Below, piece by piece: positions 39,473 through 52,773 of a stretch of 64,000 bases of DNA. Each line of letters starts with the position of its first letter. The stretch's first letter is position 1. Origin of the DNA: Octopus sinensis (Eukaryota); NCBI RefSeq assembly GCF_006345805.1, contig NC_042999.1, forward strand, positions 27,962,001 to 28,026,000, written 5' to 3'. The notes beneath the pieces were generated by a model that did no database searches, was not told where the DNA came from, and saw nothing but the letters and a program-made list of their open reading frames with translations. A program made the translations under genes and the position numbers.

Positions 39473-40454
39473 GTGAGTTTCGAATTTTAATACATATATA
39501 TATATACATGTACACACACATACTAACATACATATGCACACACATATATACATGTAATATTTAACAAGTTGATTAAGCTCCACATTTCTCAGGGACTCAT
39601 AAAGCGCAGATGCCTATCTACATCTTTAGACATACTGAGTTAGACTAAGGAGAATCTAAAGATGGCTTCAGGGTGAGAATATTTGATTAGTTCAAGAGTG
39701 AACAGTTTGATAAAACAGAGACACCTGTTAATTTTATACATGCTACCACACAGCTGAGGGGACAGTCAGGTCATCTTGTATTTAGTAATCTGTTACTTGT
39801 CAAATGAACCAACTTGCCATGTGACCCCTATATTGCTCCTAAGACTCAAAAATCCAATGTTCTTTCTAATTCTAAATGCAGGTTAATCAACTTGTCCCAG
39901 AGCAAAATTGACATTGTCAGAAAATTCCTGATGCTTTCAACTCTGATATCAGAAGGGCCATAGCATTTAAAGATTTTGACTTGTCATCGACTGATTCCAT
40001 GACATCAAGACTAAAGCAGCCTGCAGATTTATTTAGCTTGATGTCAAGGATATTTGTTCTTTCATATAGAAATCCTCTGAAAGCCCTACACTTTTGGGAA
40101 ACAATTATCTAGACCACAGTATAAGAATGTAGGAAGTCTCTCCTATTCAATGAATGTTTCTTACTGAGTGGAAATGAAAAGTGATCCATCGTTTGGCTTA
40201 TTCATTGAGAATAATGTGACAAATACAAGATCACTGACTTTGTCAGGTTTTTAACCTGGATGTCCTATAAGAACATATAAACTCCTACAGTTCACCAATC
40301 TGAAGTCTTAAAAATAGCTTTGACAGTAAAACTGCTTTATACTAATCACTCGTATGGTATTCTTAGCACTCCACTAGCAACGGATGCCGGTCACCGAATT
40401 TTTTAATCGAAGTCGAAATCAAACTCGGTGACCGGCATCCGTTGCTAGTGGATC

Positions 40455-40856
40455 GCTAAGAGTACCATACGAGTGAGATCGTTTCCTGAGCAACAAACTG
40501 GCCTTTGTGCAAGTGGCACATTAAGCACACCATTCGAGCATGATCGTTACCGCATCGCCTTACTAGCACTTGTGCTGGTGGCACATGAAACATTCGAGCG
40601 AGGGCGTTGCCAGTGCCGCTGGACTGGCTCCTGTGCAGGTGGCACATAAAAAGCACCATTTGGACGTGGCCGTTGTCAGTACCACCAAACTGGACCTCGT
40701 GCCGGTAGCACGTAAAAGCACCCACTACACTCTCGGAGTGGTTGGCGTTAGGAAGGGCATCCAGCTGTAGAAACTCTGCCAGATCAGATTGGAGTCTGGT
40801 TCGCCAGACCTCAGTCAAATCGTCCAACCCATGCTAGCATGGAAAGTGGACGTTAA

Positions 40857-40900
<44 letters not shown>
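40455..40900 (+). mobile_element. Family C element with expanded ~70-bp internal modules and (GAT)n tail
   Basis: 4-5 ACCAT.CGAG...GTGCC..TGGCAC modules, then core and tail. Confidence 0.75.
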
Positions 40901-40901
<1 letters not shown>

Positions 40902-42179
40902 TTGTCATCAAAGATATGCCTTGTTAATGAACTTCAAAGTATTAGCCACTGATACCTTAGAGAGACCTCACTACCCCTAGCTGGCCCATGTTTATTTATA
41001 GAGTAAACAATCCTCATTATCACATAGTGAATTTATTCCTTTCTGCCTACCAGCATCATGGCCTAACAGCATTCAAATAAAGTCTAACAACATTCAAATA
41101 AAATTACATAACATCCAAACTGAATTTTAACCTAAGACCTCACTAAATTGGTTACCTCACCACATGAAACAATTTACTCTTATCAACATCAGTGTCTGGA
41201 TTTTTTGCTAAGACTTGAGATGAACATTCTCACCAACATAGTGAGTAGTCAGATCACAGCAAACTAAAGCTACAGCAATAATTTCCTGAGAATATGAACT
41301 TACCATTCCATCACACTTGCTGAAAAAAAGAACATTGTGTCATTGTGTTGCTATTTAGAAACAATTTCATGTATAAAAGCAACTGCCGGCAGAAATTTTC
41401 AAACATGTTGTGCTGTGGCTTAAATGATTCAGCCTAAGTTTGACTAAATTGCAAGCAGAAAGTAAACTGGGATTGTAAGACTTGGTTGGCAACCAGCCTA
41501 AGAAAAGAACAATTCTGACTTGAAACCCATGAAGATAAGACTCATTAATCTAGTCAAGTCCTTTTCCTAAGGGAGAGAAATTTTGATATACTATCTATGA
41601 CCAGAGAAATTCACTGTTCCCACCTTAGTTAAGTGGGCCATAGCAGATGAACTTTGGAGGTAAAGACAGGAGTTAGCGCCGCTAACCTTGCATTCCAACT
41701 AAAATGTCCAAGGATACATTCATCTGTACAACTCACTCTCCTCTAACCATTCATGAGATGGGAAGGGGTGAAAACTGCAATGAATAAAACTGGTGGAAGA
41801 CAACACAGTTCCATACCAAGATACTAGAACAGCCCATCTGGTAGTTACTTTTTGTTGATAATGCTGATATATTATCCATACAGCGTCAGCTCTGCTGCTT
41901 ATAACATCATCTTCTATAGAGATTGATTGAAAGTCAGCTTGTAGAAGACAGGACAAAATTAACCATCAGCCCACATCTCATAAAGATTACCACCTTGTTT
42001 ATAACATAATTAGTGAGACAGTGCTGAAGAAGCTTTCCAGTTCAGCTACCTAGAAAGGCATCATCTCATCAGATGTCAAGATCAACAAAGCGTTTGATAG
42101 CTAACTGACAAAGCAAACAGCATGTTCAATAGACTGTACAAAGAAAGGGTTCTAGTATAGCCAATATCAGAGTTATATA

Positions 42180-42485
42180 GTAAGAGAACCATCCGAACGT
42201 GGCTGTTGCCAGCGCTGCCCTGACTGGCCTCCGTGCCGATGGCACGTAAAACGCACCATCCAATCGTTGCCGTTTTCAGCCTCATCTGGCACCTGTGCCG
42301 GTGGCACGTAAAAAGCACCCACTACACTCACGGAGTTAGGAAGGGCATCCAGCTGTAGAAACACTGCCAGATCTGACTGGGCCCGGTGCAGCCTTCTGAC
42401 TTCCCAGACCCCAGTTGAACTGTCCAACCCATGCTAGCATGGAGAGCGGATGTTAAATGATGATGATGATGATGATGACGATGAT
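42180..42485 (+). mobile_element. Family C element
   Basis: Modules, GGAAGGGCATCC core and (GAT)n tail. Confidence 0.75.
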
Positions 42486-43610
42486 AGTGACTGTTCACCC
42501 TCCTCTACCATTCCAAGACATGCATTAAATACCGTTCACTTCTTGAGTTCCTCTTCTATCACTGCTTTCATGGTTATTTCAACGCCTACAGTAATAGCTT
42601 TGTTAGTAACACTGCAGTCTTGGAACAGGTGTAAGGTAGCAGTATAGAGGCTATACTGTTAGAGTTACAGTTGCCCTAGGAAGTGAACATTTTCAAGATG
42701 GAAAATATATTGTTTGCCCAAGACTGTGCTGAATAACAAACTCACCACTGGCTGCTGTTGCAGAGGGGCACGAAGAAAAAGATACTACTCTCTGAAGAAA
42801 TCCTTTGATATACCGCTCATTGATCTGTCACCTCCAAGAATGAACGGCAGACTGAACTTATGGTTAAAAGGCAAATAAGTAAGAACCATGACAAAGCAGC
42901 ATCAAACCCCAAACAGAATTTCCCTCGCAGTCTCTGTAGCCAGGTCAGCCTGTTTCATAATAGCCTGGTCAGCAAGCAGTGTGTTTCAAATTGAAGTGAA
43001 ATCACTTTGTCACACTTCATTTACAAAGCCAAGCTATGATATAAAACACCAATTCAGAGTCTTGCTGTCTGTTATCTCACCAGTTCTGCAATCTCTAGTT
43101 CTTCTCCATCTTCACAACAGGTGTAATCCCAAGTTGTATAAGTTGTATAAGATAGTTTAAGTAAACAAATAGTAAAATAAAGTGAAATCCTGTTGTGTCT
43201 GGGGAGAGTCATTCTCTTTTAGTGCTTTATTATTTAACACACTCACCGGTAAAATTTCCACTTATTTCTTATTCTTATTTTCTGACTATTGAAAAGGTTG
43301 CAGGATGCAACGAAAAAATTTTAGAAAATAAAAATAAGAAATAAGTGGAAATTTTACCGATGAGTGTGTTAAATAATAAGGCACTAAAAGAGAATAACAA
43401 CAGAATATGCTTCAACACACGAACTCATATAAAGAATCTTGCAAACCAAATCCCAAAACAAAAAAGTGAAATCCATTATCTTTACCTTTATTATTCTAGG
43501 TTTGAGAAATTTTAAGAAAATATCTGTAAAATTGTTTAAGGTTGGCAAATACTGCTTGAGAATATTTTAACAATATTTTACCAATGCGTTTTCATATATT
43601 TCTTTTTCAG

Positions 43611-43704
43611 CTGTCAGCATTGAATCAGAGCAATGTCCTCCGTTGTCTGCTTATGTAAGGGGCTGGAATCATCCTTGTGGATTAATCTGTTGCCGAGTTC
43701 CCAA
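43611..43704 (+). CDS. STARD5: STARD5-like coding exon (its reading frame is not in the ORF track)
   Basis: Acceptor tctttttcag|CT and donor CCAA|gtaaga; 94 nt, phase 1 to 2. Encodes (A)VSIESEQCPPLSAYVRGWNHPCGLICCRVP(N), matching the recalled STARD5 CPPKPGFVRGFNHPCGCFC. Confidence 0.95.
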
Positions 43705-43709
43705 GTAAG

Positions 43710-43768
<59 letters not shown>

Positions 43769-44234
43769 TGCTACTACTACCACTACTACTATTACTACCA
43801 CCACCACCACCACTACTACTACTACTATTAGTCTATATTATCAAAGAGACCAATAGAATAAGTAATAGGCTTAAAAAGAATAAGTCCTGGGGTCGATTTG
43901 CTCAACTAAAGGCCACAGTCAAATGACTGAAACAAGTAAAAGAGTAAAAGAGTAAACTAAGTTTCAATGTTAGAAATACATATTTATAACATCATCATCA
44001 TCATCATCGAAATAAAAAGAAACAGGAAAAAGAGAAATAAGGAAGGAAAAGAAAGAAAAGAAAAAAGGGTGGGGTGGAGTTAAAGTAGCTGAAGACAGAC
44101 AGGGATGGGTGATGGGTTGCATACCCCAGAACAAATGGTGTGGTCAGCTACCCCATAGTAATGACTATGATGAGTGTTGCTGCAGAGAATGGCCAGTGGG
44201 ACTTGCTGCAGCAGCCATTCTATCTCTACATCCA

Positions 44235-45025
44235 TTGGGTTGTCCGGAAAGTTTGTGCCAATTTTTAAAGGAAAGAAAAATGTCAATAAATACCTGCAAT
44301 TAAATTTTTAATCAACCAAATATGAACCATTTTGTTGCACAATGCATCTCCATCTTTCTTTTAAATTGAAAATACCGTCTTCCCAGAATTGAGGTGGTTT
44401 CATGGCAAAGAATTCATCAAGGTATCTTTTTACGTCATCCAAGGAATTGAAATTTTTACCATTAAGACTATTCTGCAGAGACCTGAATAAGTGGAAATCC
44501 AAAGGAGCAATATCTGGTGAATATGGAGGGTGGGGTAACACATCCCAGCTGAGCTGCAGCAATTTTTGTCTGGTTCCCAAAGCATCAAGTGCCAAAAATG
44601 AACTTTCATATCTTTGATTTTAACCCTTTCGTTACCAACCTGGCTGAAACCGGCTCTGGCTTTGAGTACAAATGTCTTGTTTTCATAAGTTTTGAATTAA
44701 AATCTTCCACCAAAGCTTAGTTACAATTTATGTTCCTAAAATTAACTGAATGATAACCAAGTTATTTTACTAAATTCTTTATTATATTTAAAGTAATTGA
44801 AAGGAACATAGAGTATATCAAAATAAATACAGTAACAAAAGGGTTAAAGGGTTACAGAATTAACACAGGTTATAGGAACATAAATCTTCTTCCACTTAGA
44901 AGATAGCGTAAACTGTGCTCTAAATGGAGGTGTAGCCAAATCCTATTTTATGGACTCAACCATGTTCTAAAATAAGTCAAAATGTAAGCTACTATAAATT
45001 GGCAAGAACTTTCCGGACAACCCAA
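44235..45025 (-). mobile_element. Internally deleted mariner element with both TIRs
   Basis: TTGGGTTGTCCGGAAAGTT TIRs at both ends; transposase C-terminus with HPPYSPDIAPLDFHLF and GI..L.ERW..IV..NGSY (44308-44575) fused to N-terminal KVHFWHLMLWE. Confidence 0.9.
44620..44847. mobile_element. piggyBac-type MITE inserted in the mariner
   Basis: TTAA at 44620-44623 and 44844-44847; CCCTTTCGTTAC / GTAACAAAAGGG termini. Confidence 0.88.
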
Positions 45026-45088
45026 CATTTCTATGCTAATGCCTTTCATACTTCATTCCTTATATTTTTCTTTTTATTTATTTTCTAG

Positions 45089-45254
45089 TGAACCAAACAA
45101 GACCAAACTGGTGAACCTGATTCAACCAGATCTGGGCGGTATGGTACCACGAGGCTTAGTGGAAGCTGCTATGCCGCCCTCCATTGAAGGCTTTTACATT
45201 AATTTGAACGGTGCTCTGAAAGACGATGGCAAACTCATATCATCAGATGAATAG
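45089..45254 (+). CDS. STARD5: STARD5-like terminal coding exon
   Basis: Acceptor ttttctag|T, phase 2. Encodes EPNKTKLVNLIQPDLGGMVPRGLVEAAMPPSIEGFYINLNGALKDDGKLISSDE, TAG at 45252-45254; fits the START C-terminal DLxG-P-helix motif. Confidence 0.93.
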
Positions 45255-45757
45255 AAATAAACCCGGTGACCAACTTTGCTGATAATATATCTAACCATAC
45301 ATTCATCCAATCAATATTAGATATGAAAGAACCATTACTATATGTACCCTTAACAAACATCACAATAGACATTTCTATATGTACCCAATAATTATATTTC
45401 TAAACATACCATTAATGCAATAACAAACATTTAAAAAATGCACCCTTAACAAACATATATATATATATACACACATACACACACGTATACCTTTAGCTAT
45501 ACTGTAACATACATTACTGTCCCCTAAACAATATAACAACATACATTTATAAATGTATTCTTAAAAATACATTTATAAATGTCCCATTAACAACACTTTC
45601 AAAAACACAATGCCCTCTCCACCCCTCAATCCCACCCAGCCACCTGCTACAAACACCTACCTAAAAGGTATTAGTATTCCCTTACCAAAACAATAACATA
45701 CTTAATTGTTTTCTTACTAACAACTTCAGAAATGTTTTAAGCAATTATTGTTATTGA

Positions 45758-45792
<35 letters not shown>

Positions 45793-45953
45793 TATTATTA
45801 TTATTATTATTATTATTAGTATTACTACTACTACTACTTTAATTATAATCTGGGATCAAAATTTTAATTCTAGAATTATTCTAGAATATTGTATAACATT
45901 ATTATCAGTAATATTGTGTATGTGTATGTACTTACACACACATAAGTGCTCAT

Positions 45954-45993
<40 letters not shown>

Positions 45994-47383
45994 TTTAACA
46001 TACATAGATATACGTATGTACACATACATATACATATAGACAGTAGAAAACTTCCTCCCTCCCAACCTACTTACCTACCTACCCATATACATATATACAC
46101 ATATACACATATGCAGATATACACGAATAAACCTACACACAATGATATATATATACACACATGCATACATAGACACAAATACATATATACCTATTTTAGA
46201 CACAGACAGGCACATGATAAATGCTATTTAACATTTTATATTTTATTTTATTCAACAAACACTTTAATCTTATTCCTCAGACTTTCTCAATTTTGTCTTG
46301 AAATGTTTTAGAGTATAAACTATATTGTTGTTGTATGTGCTATCTCTCTGTTTTGCTGTATCTATGTTTTAGTGCAAAGCGATGGCAGTAGATGGTAGAG
46401 GTGGTAGAATGGCAGATAAAATTGCTTGTTTTTTGCTATTTAGTTTTGTCATCTTTTTATGTTCTGAGTTCACTTTTCGGTATTGGCAACTCTGTTTCTC
46501 ATCCTTCTGGTGTAGATATAATCACAACCAGATTGATTGTAGTCAGTATAATAAACTGCTATGCACTATCCTCGAAATTTGGGGTCATCTGTTTATATTA
46601 GTCATGAACATTTGACAAGAAAGTATTGTGGATGATAGAATTGTTTGGGAATGGGACTCCATATGGTTTCCACTATTTGTTAAAGCCTATTTAAGTTTTA
46701 AAAGTCTTGTACTTAACTTAGAAATGGTGCACTGAGGACTGTGAATTAGAATTGGTGGAACCATAGGCAAACTAGTTGCTCATCTTCACTTTCCCTCCAT
46801 CAGTCTGAGAATCCCTGCTGAAGTACACAAGTATTGCCCCTTCCCCATCCAACTAAGACAATATATACACACATATATATATTAGACAAGGTGGAAATAA
46901 ATGATCATTACATATTCCTTGTCTTGTATATCTCTTTGTGTAAAAGACCAGTCTAAATGGGAATATAGCCACGTATTTATGATATAAAATGGTGGTGAAC
47001 TATAACCTTAGAGTCTGTCACAAATATACATGGATTTTTAACTAATCTAAAAAATTTTGTTGGCCTGGTAGATTTGTATTAACAGGGAGCTTAGTTGCAT
47101 TAAGGCAGTGAGTTGGCATAATAGTCAGCACACCAGACAAAAAGGTTAGCAAGCATTTCAACTGTCTTTACATTCTGATATCAAATTCATTGAGGCCGAC
47201 TTTGTGTTCCATCGTCTCAGGGTCAATAACATTAGTACTGGGGCCTATGTAATCAAGCTCCCCATCCCCTCAAAAACCACTGGCCCTGTGCTAAAATTTG
47301 AAACTATTATTTAGTTACCTTCGTCTACATTTTGAGTTCAGATTCCACCAAAGTTGATTGTGCCTGTTATCCTTCTTGGATTC

Positions 47384-47705
47384 ATCATCATCATCATCGT
47401 TTAACGTCCGTTCTCCATGCTAGCTATGGGTTGGACGGTTCGACCAGGGATCTGGGAAGTCAGAAAGCTGCACCAGGCTCCAGTCTGATCTGGCAGTGTT
47501 TCTACAGCTGGATGCCCTTCCTGACACCAACCACTCCGTGAGTGTAGTGGGTGCTTTTTATGTGCCACCTGCGCAGGGGCCAGGCGAGGCTGGCAACGGC
47601 CACGATCAGATTGGTGCATTTCATGTGCCACCAGCACGGAAGCCAGTCGAGGTGGCACTGGCATTGGCCACGATTCGGATGGTGCTTTATACGTGCCACC
47701 GGCAA
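47384..47705 (-). mobile_element. Family C element
   Basis: (CAT)n tail, core and modules. Confidence 0.75.
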
Positions 47706-48945
47706 AACATAAAATGCTACTGAAGGTGTGTTGTCAAATCAATTGGTTATGGCCCTTATGAAAAACTGTGGGGTTTCTGTCTGTGTTGTGTAACAATATT
47801 TCATTATACAGAAGTTGATTTACTGCTGCAAAATCATAAGAACATCCTTATTTAGTTATTGTTCCTAGTGTTCTGATTTCAAATCCCATCGAAGTTAACT
47901 TTGCCCTTTACTTTACCTTTTACTAACCCTAACCCTAACTAATCCATCCACCCCAAATATGTAGCCTTGTCTCTATGCTGGCCATCAATACTTCATAGCA
48001 AAATATTTTCCGTTGAGCATTACTAAACAAGAGGTAACTTAAATCTGGTTCAGTTCTTGATTATTTCAAGTTCCTTTCATTTATACCCCTACTGTCTCTC
48101 TCCCTCCCTCCCTTCAAACTTTGGCACAAGGCTAGCGATTTCTGGGGAGGAGGTAAGTTGATTACATCAATGTCTGTACTCAACAGGCACTTATTGACCC
48201 TGAAAGGATGACAGACAAAGTCAACCTTGGTAGAAATTGAACTCAGAACGTGAAGACAGATAGAAACCCATTAAGCATTTTCACCTGGCATGCTAACGAT
48301 TCTGCTAGCACATTGCCTTTCTCTCCTCTATATTATAGAAAGTACTTCTGAGTTTCATTTACAGAATCTATTATCATTACATTACTAAACAAGAATAGCT
48401 GAGAGAGGGCAAGAATATTTATCCCTGTATGGAATGAGTTTAACTATTCAAATCTATGATTCTGTTTTCTGTTCCTCTGGGATTAACGAAGTAGGTACTA
48501 GTTATATGCTGATAAACAGTCAGTAGATTACATGTAGTTTCCTGTGAAATCATGGCTTTCTAACCACCATTTGAAATAGACTAATACTGTAAGATGAACC
48601 AAAACGTAAATATTTATTGTCACATGTTTGTAATGGTAATGGTGATGTTTGATTGGCTGTTTTTGTTCATCATGTGGTTTGTTGTACAGTTTAATTATAC
48701 ATTTGTTGTTTATGTTGATTATGTATTCTTAGCAAATAAAGATATAATAAAAATAATTAGGAAAAATCTAATAATATTGTTGGTATTATTGATGATGATG
48801 ATAGTGACTGTGGTGATGATGATTTCTTCTACAGGTATATATATTTAACACACGCACACATATGCATACACTTACATATATACGCACATACACACAGACA
48901 CCATCAATTTTTTCATAGAAAGAATAATGGGTTTAAGAATAAGAT

Positions 48946-49174
48946 TTAACCCTTTCGTTACCAACCCAGCTGAAACCGGCTCTGGTTCTTTAGTATGAAT
49001 GTCTTGTTTTCATAAGTTTTGAATTCAAATCTTCTACCAAATCTTAGTCACAATTTATGTTCCTAACACTAGCTGAATGATAACAATGTTATTTTACTAA
49101 ATTCTTTGTTATATTTAAAATTATTGGAAGAAACACAGAGCATCTCAAAATAAATACAGTAATGAAAGGGTTAA
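48946..49174. mobile_element. piggyBac-type MITE
   Basis: TTAA at 48946-48949 and 49171-49174; same family as the 17047 and 44620 copies. Confidence 0.88.
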
Positions 49175-49593
49175 GTGAGACTGCTTTAGATAGAATTCAA
49201 AAGCATGCTGTGATTTCACTCCCCACCCTTACCATATCCCACAACAGCAAAGAATTCTTATATTGAAATTTTGTTTCAACATTACATTTAAAGAGATATT
49301 GAAATTGTATGACATTGATGCATTTATCAGTTATTTTAATGATGAAAGCAAGTGAAAGATATTTCATTTGGAAGGAAAATCATGTGATAGAATCAACTTT
49401 AGATTACATGGTATTGAGGGTCATAAAGCAATAGGTTTCTTTCAGTTTCTGTCTATCAAATTCACTCACAAGGCTTTGATTGGCCCAAGGCTATAGTAGA
49501 AGACACATGCCCAAGGTGCAACGTAGTGGGGCTGAACCTGGAACCATGTGGTTGGGGAGCAAGTTTCTTACCACGCAGCCACTCCTGCACCTC

Positions 49594-49630
<37 letters not shown>

Positions 49631-49640
49631 GCACACATAT

Positions 49641-49671
<31 letters not shown>

Positions 49672-50344
49672 CATACAGGGTACGACAGGTAAATTGTTCC
49701 TATTTTATATCTCTAATTTTGCGCATGCCCATTTTTTGTTTTTGCCATGCAGTGGGACTGAACCTGCACCCATGTGGTTGGGAAGCAAGCTTCATATCAC
49801 ACAGCTATGCCTACATTTATTTACTTATCTATCTAATTTTGAAAGAATGAAAGAATATATGATATTACATATCTGTCAAATACTTCCATGCAATCCAAGA
49901 AACTTGACATCCCTGTTGCTGTTTCATAACATCAGCTCCATGTTGCACACATTCACCATATTTCTTGTTTATCTCTAGTTTCAGATTTGATATCAGAATT
50001 TATTTGTAGGCACAGGTGTGGCTGTGTGGTAAGATGCATGCTTCCCAACTGTATGGCTATAGCAGAAGACACTTGCCCAAGGTGCCATGCAGTGAAAGTA
50101 AACCTGGACCTCATGACAGGAGGAGATCTAGTTTTGTTTTGAAGGCACCTACATTCATCCATGTAGGTCTCTCAAAGATTTTTGGCAAGATATCAAAAAA
50201 TCTGTGGGCTCTTGAAACCCAAGATAAACCATCTGTATCTTGATGGTGGCTGTGTAACTCTCAGTACCAAAGTTTGGTTCAAGTTCTTGCAGGATTTTCC
50301 AAACGTATATCACTGCGCTTCTTCCTCCAATCCTCACTCCAATG

Positions 50345-50590
50345 CTGCTACAGATTGGCATATTTCGGTCATATTATGTGGAGAAAATCCCTGGAGAAGG
50401 ACATCATGCTTGGAATGGTTAGTGGCAAGAGAGGAAGAGGCCGACCAAGAACCCGCTGGCTTGATACCATCAAGAGTGATACCGAAATGGACATAGCCAA
50501 TCTGAAAGAGGCGGCCCAGGATAGAACTGACTGGAGGACACTGATCCAATGAGTGACTGAGAGTCGACTTCGACTGAGCGGTTAGAGAAA
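50345..50590 (+). mobile_element. RTE (BovB-like) LINE 3' end
   Basis: RLAYFGHIM.RKSLEKDIMLGMVSGKRGRGRPRTRWLDTIK...AAQDRTDWRTLI matches the RTE-1/BovB ORF C-terminus. Confidence 0.85.
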
Positions 50591-50997
50591 GAGATGACTG
50601 CACATCTTACCTTTCTGTGTTCTAGGGAGTACTCTCTCTCTCTCTCTTCCCCCTCTCTCTCACACACACACACACACACACATACACAAGGAACACACAC
50701 TAGATTAACTCATTATCAAAAAGCTTGTTGAAACAGAACAGAGCTATATACATAATACCAAATAACAGTGTTAAACACTTTCGGTATGCAAATTAAGAAC
50801 TCCTTCATAGAGTAACTGCTGCATTTGTTGAGTATATAAAAATGTTTGGCTGCTTGTTTCTCTGGAGACTGTCAGAATGATGTAGATGCTGCTGATGAGA
50901 ACCCAATAAGGTTTGAAAATTGATTAAGGTTGTTCATAATTTTTTTTTCAATCTGCAGAGAAATGGCTAAAATTTGCCCTGTTTATAATCATATCAT

Positions 50998-51685
50998 ATC
51001 ATCATCATCGTTTAACGTCCGTTTTCCATGATAGCATTGGTTGGACAGTTCGACCAGGGTCTGGGAAGCCAGGAGGCTGCACCAGACTCCAGTCTGATCT
51101 GGTAGTGTTTCTATAGCTGGATGCTCTTCCTAATGCCAACCACTCCGTGAGTGTAGTGGGTGCTTTTTACGTGCCACCAGCACAGGAGCCAGAGGAGGCT
51201 GGTGTTTTTACGTGTCACCGACACGGATGCCAGTCAGGCGGCACTGGCATCTGCCACATTCGGATGGTGCTTTTTATGTGTCACCGGCATGGATATCTTA
51301 ACTACAATTTCCATTTGATTTTTATTTTGATGATGCCAGCGCTGCCCCGATGCCAGTGCCATCCCGATGCTAGCCCCACCCTGATGCCAGCACCACTTCG
51401 ATGCCAGTTCCGCCTTGACTGGCTTCTGTGCCAGTGGCACGTAAAAAGCACCAGCCAATCATGGCCGCTGCCAAACTCCCCTGGCACCTGTGCCAGTGGC
51501 ACATAAAAAGTACCCACTACACTCACGGAGTTGTTGGCGTTAGGAAGGGCGTCCAGCTGTAGAAACACTGCCAGATCAGACTGGAGCCTGGTGCAGCCTT
51601 CTGGCTTCCCAGATCCCCAGTCGAACCGTCCAACCCGTGCTAGCATTGAAAACGGACGTTAAACGATGATGATGATGATGATGAT
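50998..51685. mobile_element. Two family C elements in inverted arrangement (tails outward)
   Basis: About 50998-51292 on minus and 51330-51685 on plus; arms are reverse complements. Confidence 0.75.
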
Positions 51686-52073
51686 GTTGGTGTTGACGTA
51701 CATCATATGTTAAATAACAATATGTTACAAATGCATTAAAATGGAAAATCTTAATTAACAAACCATACAGGTAAACAGGAGAGAAAAATGATAAGGACCA
51801 ATGTGATTTATAAATTCAGTTGCAAACGTGAAATTTGTATACTTTTAATTCTAACTGTGATGTTAGCCATATGAGTGCAACACACTCCGGCTGGCTCATC
51901 ATGTACCTATAAGCAGGTGCAATTTCAGTGTACTGCACTGCACAAAGAACCAGTCTAGACTCATGACATTAATGATAACATATTGATACTCGGCAAAATT
52001 TTACCCAGCCTCCGAAAAAACTACTCACCAGAATACATCACAGTGCTAAAATAAAAAAAATTAAAAAATGGTG

Positions 52074-52773
52074 GAGTTTTGGTTTAAGCATACCATATAA
52101 CCCCTCAAAACTTTTTTATTTTCCGGAACTTTCAGATTTTTGCAAGTTTGTGTTCTACCCACAAGAATTCATATGATTATGCAGAAAAAAGAAAAAAAAA
52201 AGAAGAAAAGAAAATGTGTGTGATATAAGGGGGATTTGGCTGTTATGTTTATAGCACATCTTATGACCACCTGATACCTCCTTCCATTTCTTTGTCACTT
52301 TGATATGTATCAATGCTTTTCCATATTTTTCTTCCTATAAGCACATTTATTGGAATGATGGTGCACTGAAGGGTGGTCCATTGCTGGGATTTAAGCAAAA
52401 TATTCGGACTGTCCGTGTTTTAAATTCTGATTCAGGTAATAATAAAAAAAAAAAAAATAAAAAAATAGAAATTTTAGGACTTCTGAAGAATGAAGTGGAT
52501 TTGAAATATTAAAAAAAACAATTCCTTTTTCATAGCTGTATGAATTCCTGTGCCACACAGCCTGGACTACACAGCCACAGCTGGAGATGTAATAGGACAT
52601 GAAATGTAAAAGCCAGACTAGATTATTTTATGCACAACTCCATTGTCTCTCGAGATAAAAAGGATGCAAACAATGAATTCCTGTGAATAGAAAAGAAATA
52701 TGTGAAAATTTTCTGAAAATTCCAAAAAATGAAAAAGAGTTAGGGGTTATAAGATGTGCTTAAACCAGAATTC
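52074..52773. mobile_element. Candidate MITE with long imperfect TIRs
   Basis: GGTTTAAGCATACCATATAACCCCT (52081) vs AGGGGTTATAAGATGTGCTTAAACC (52742); further complementary blocks inward (CACAAGAATTCAT / ATGAATTCCTGTG). Confidence 0.5.
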
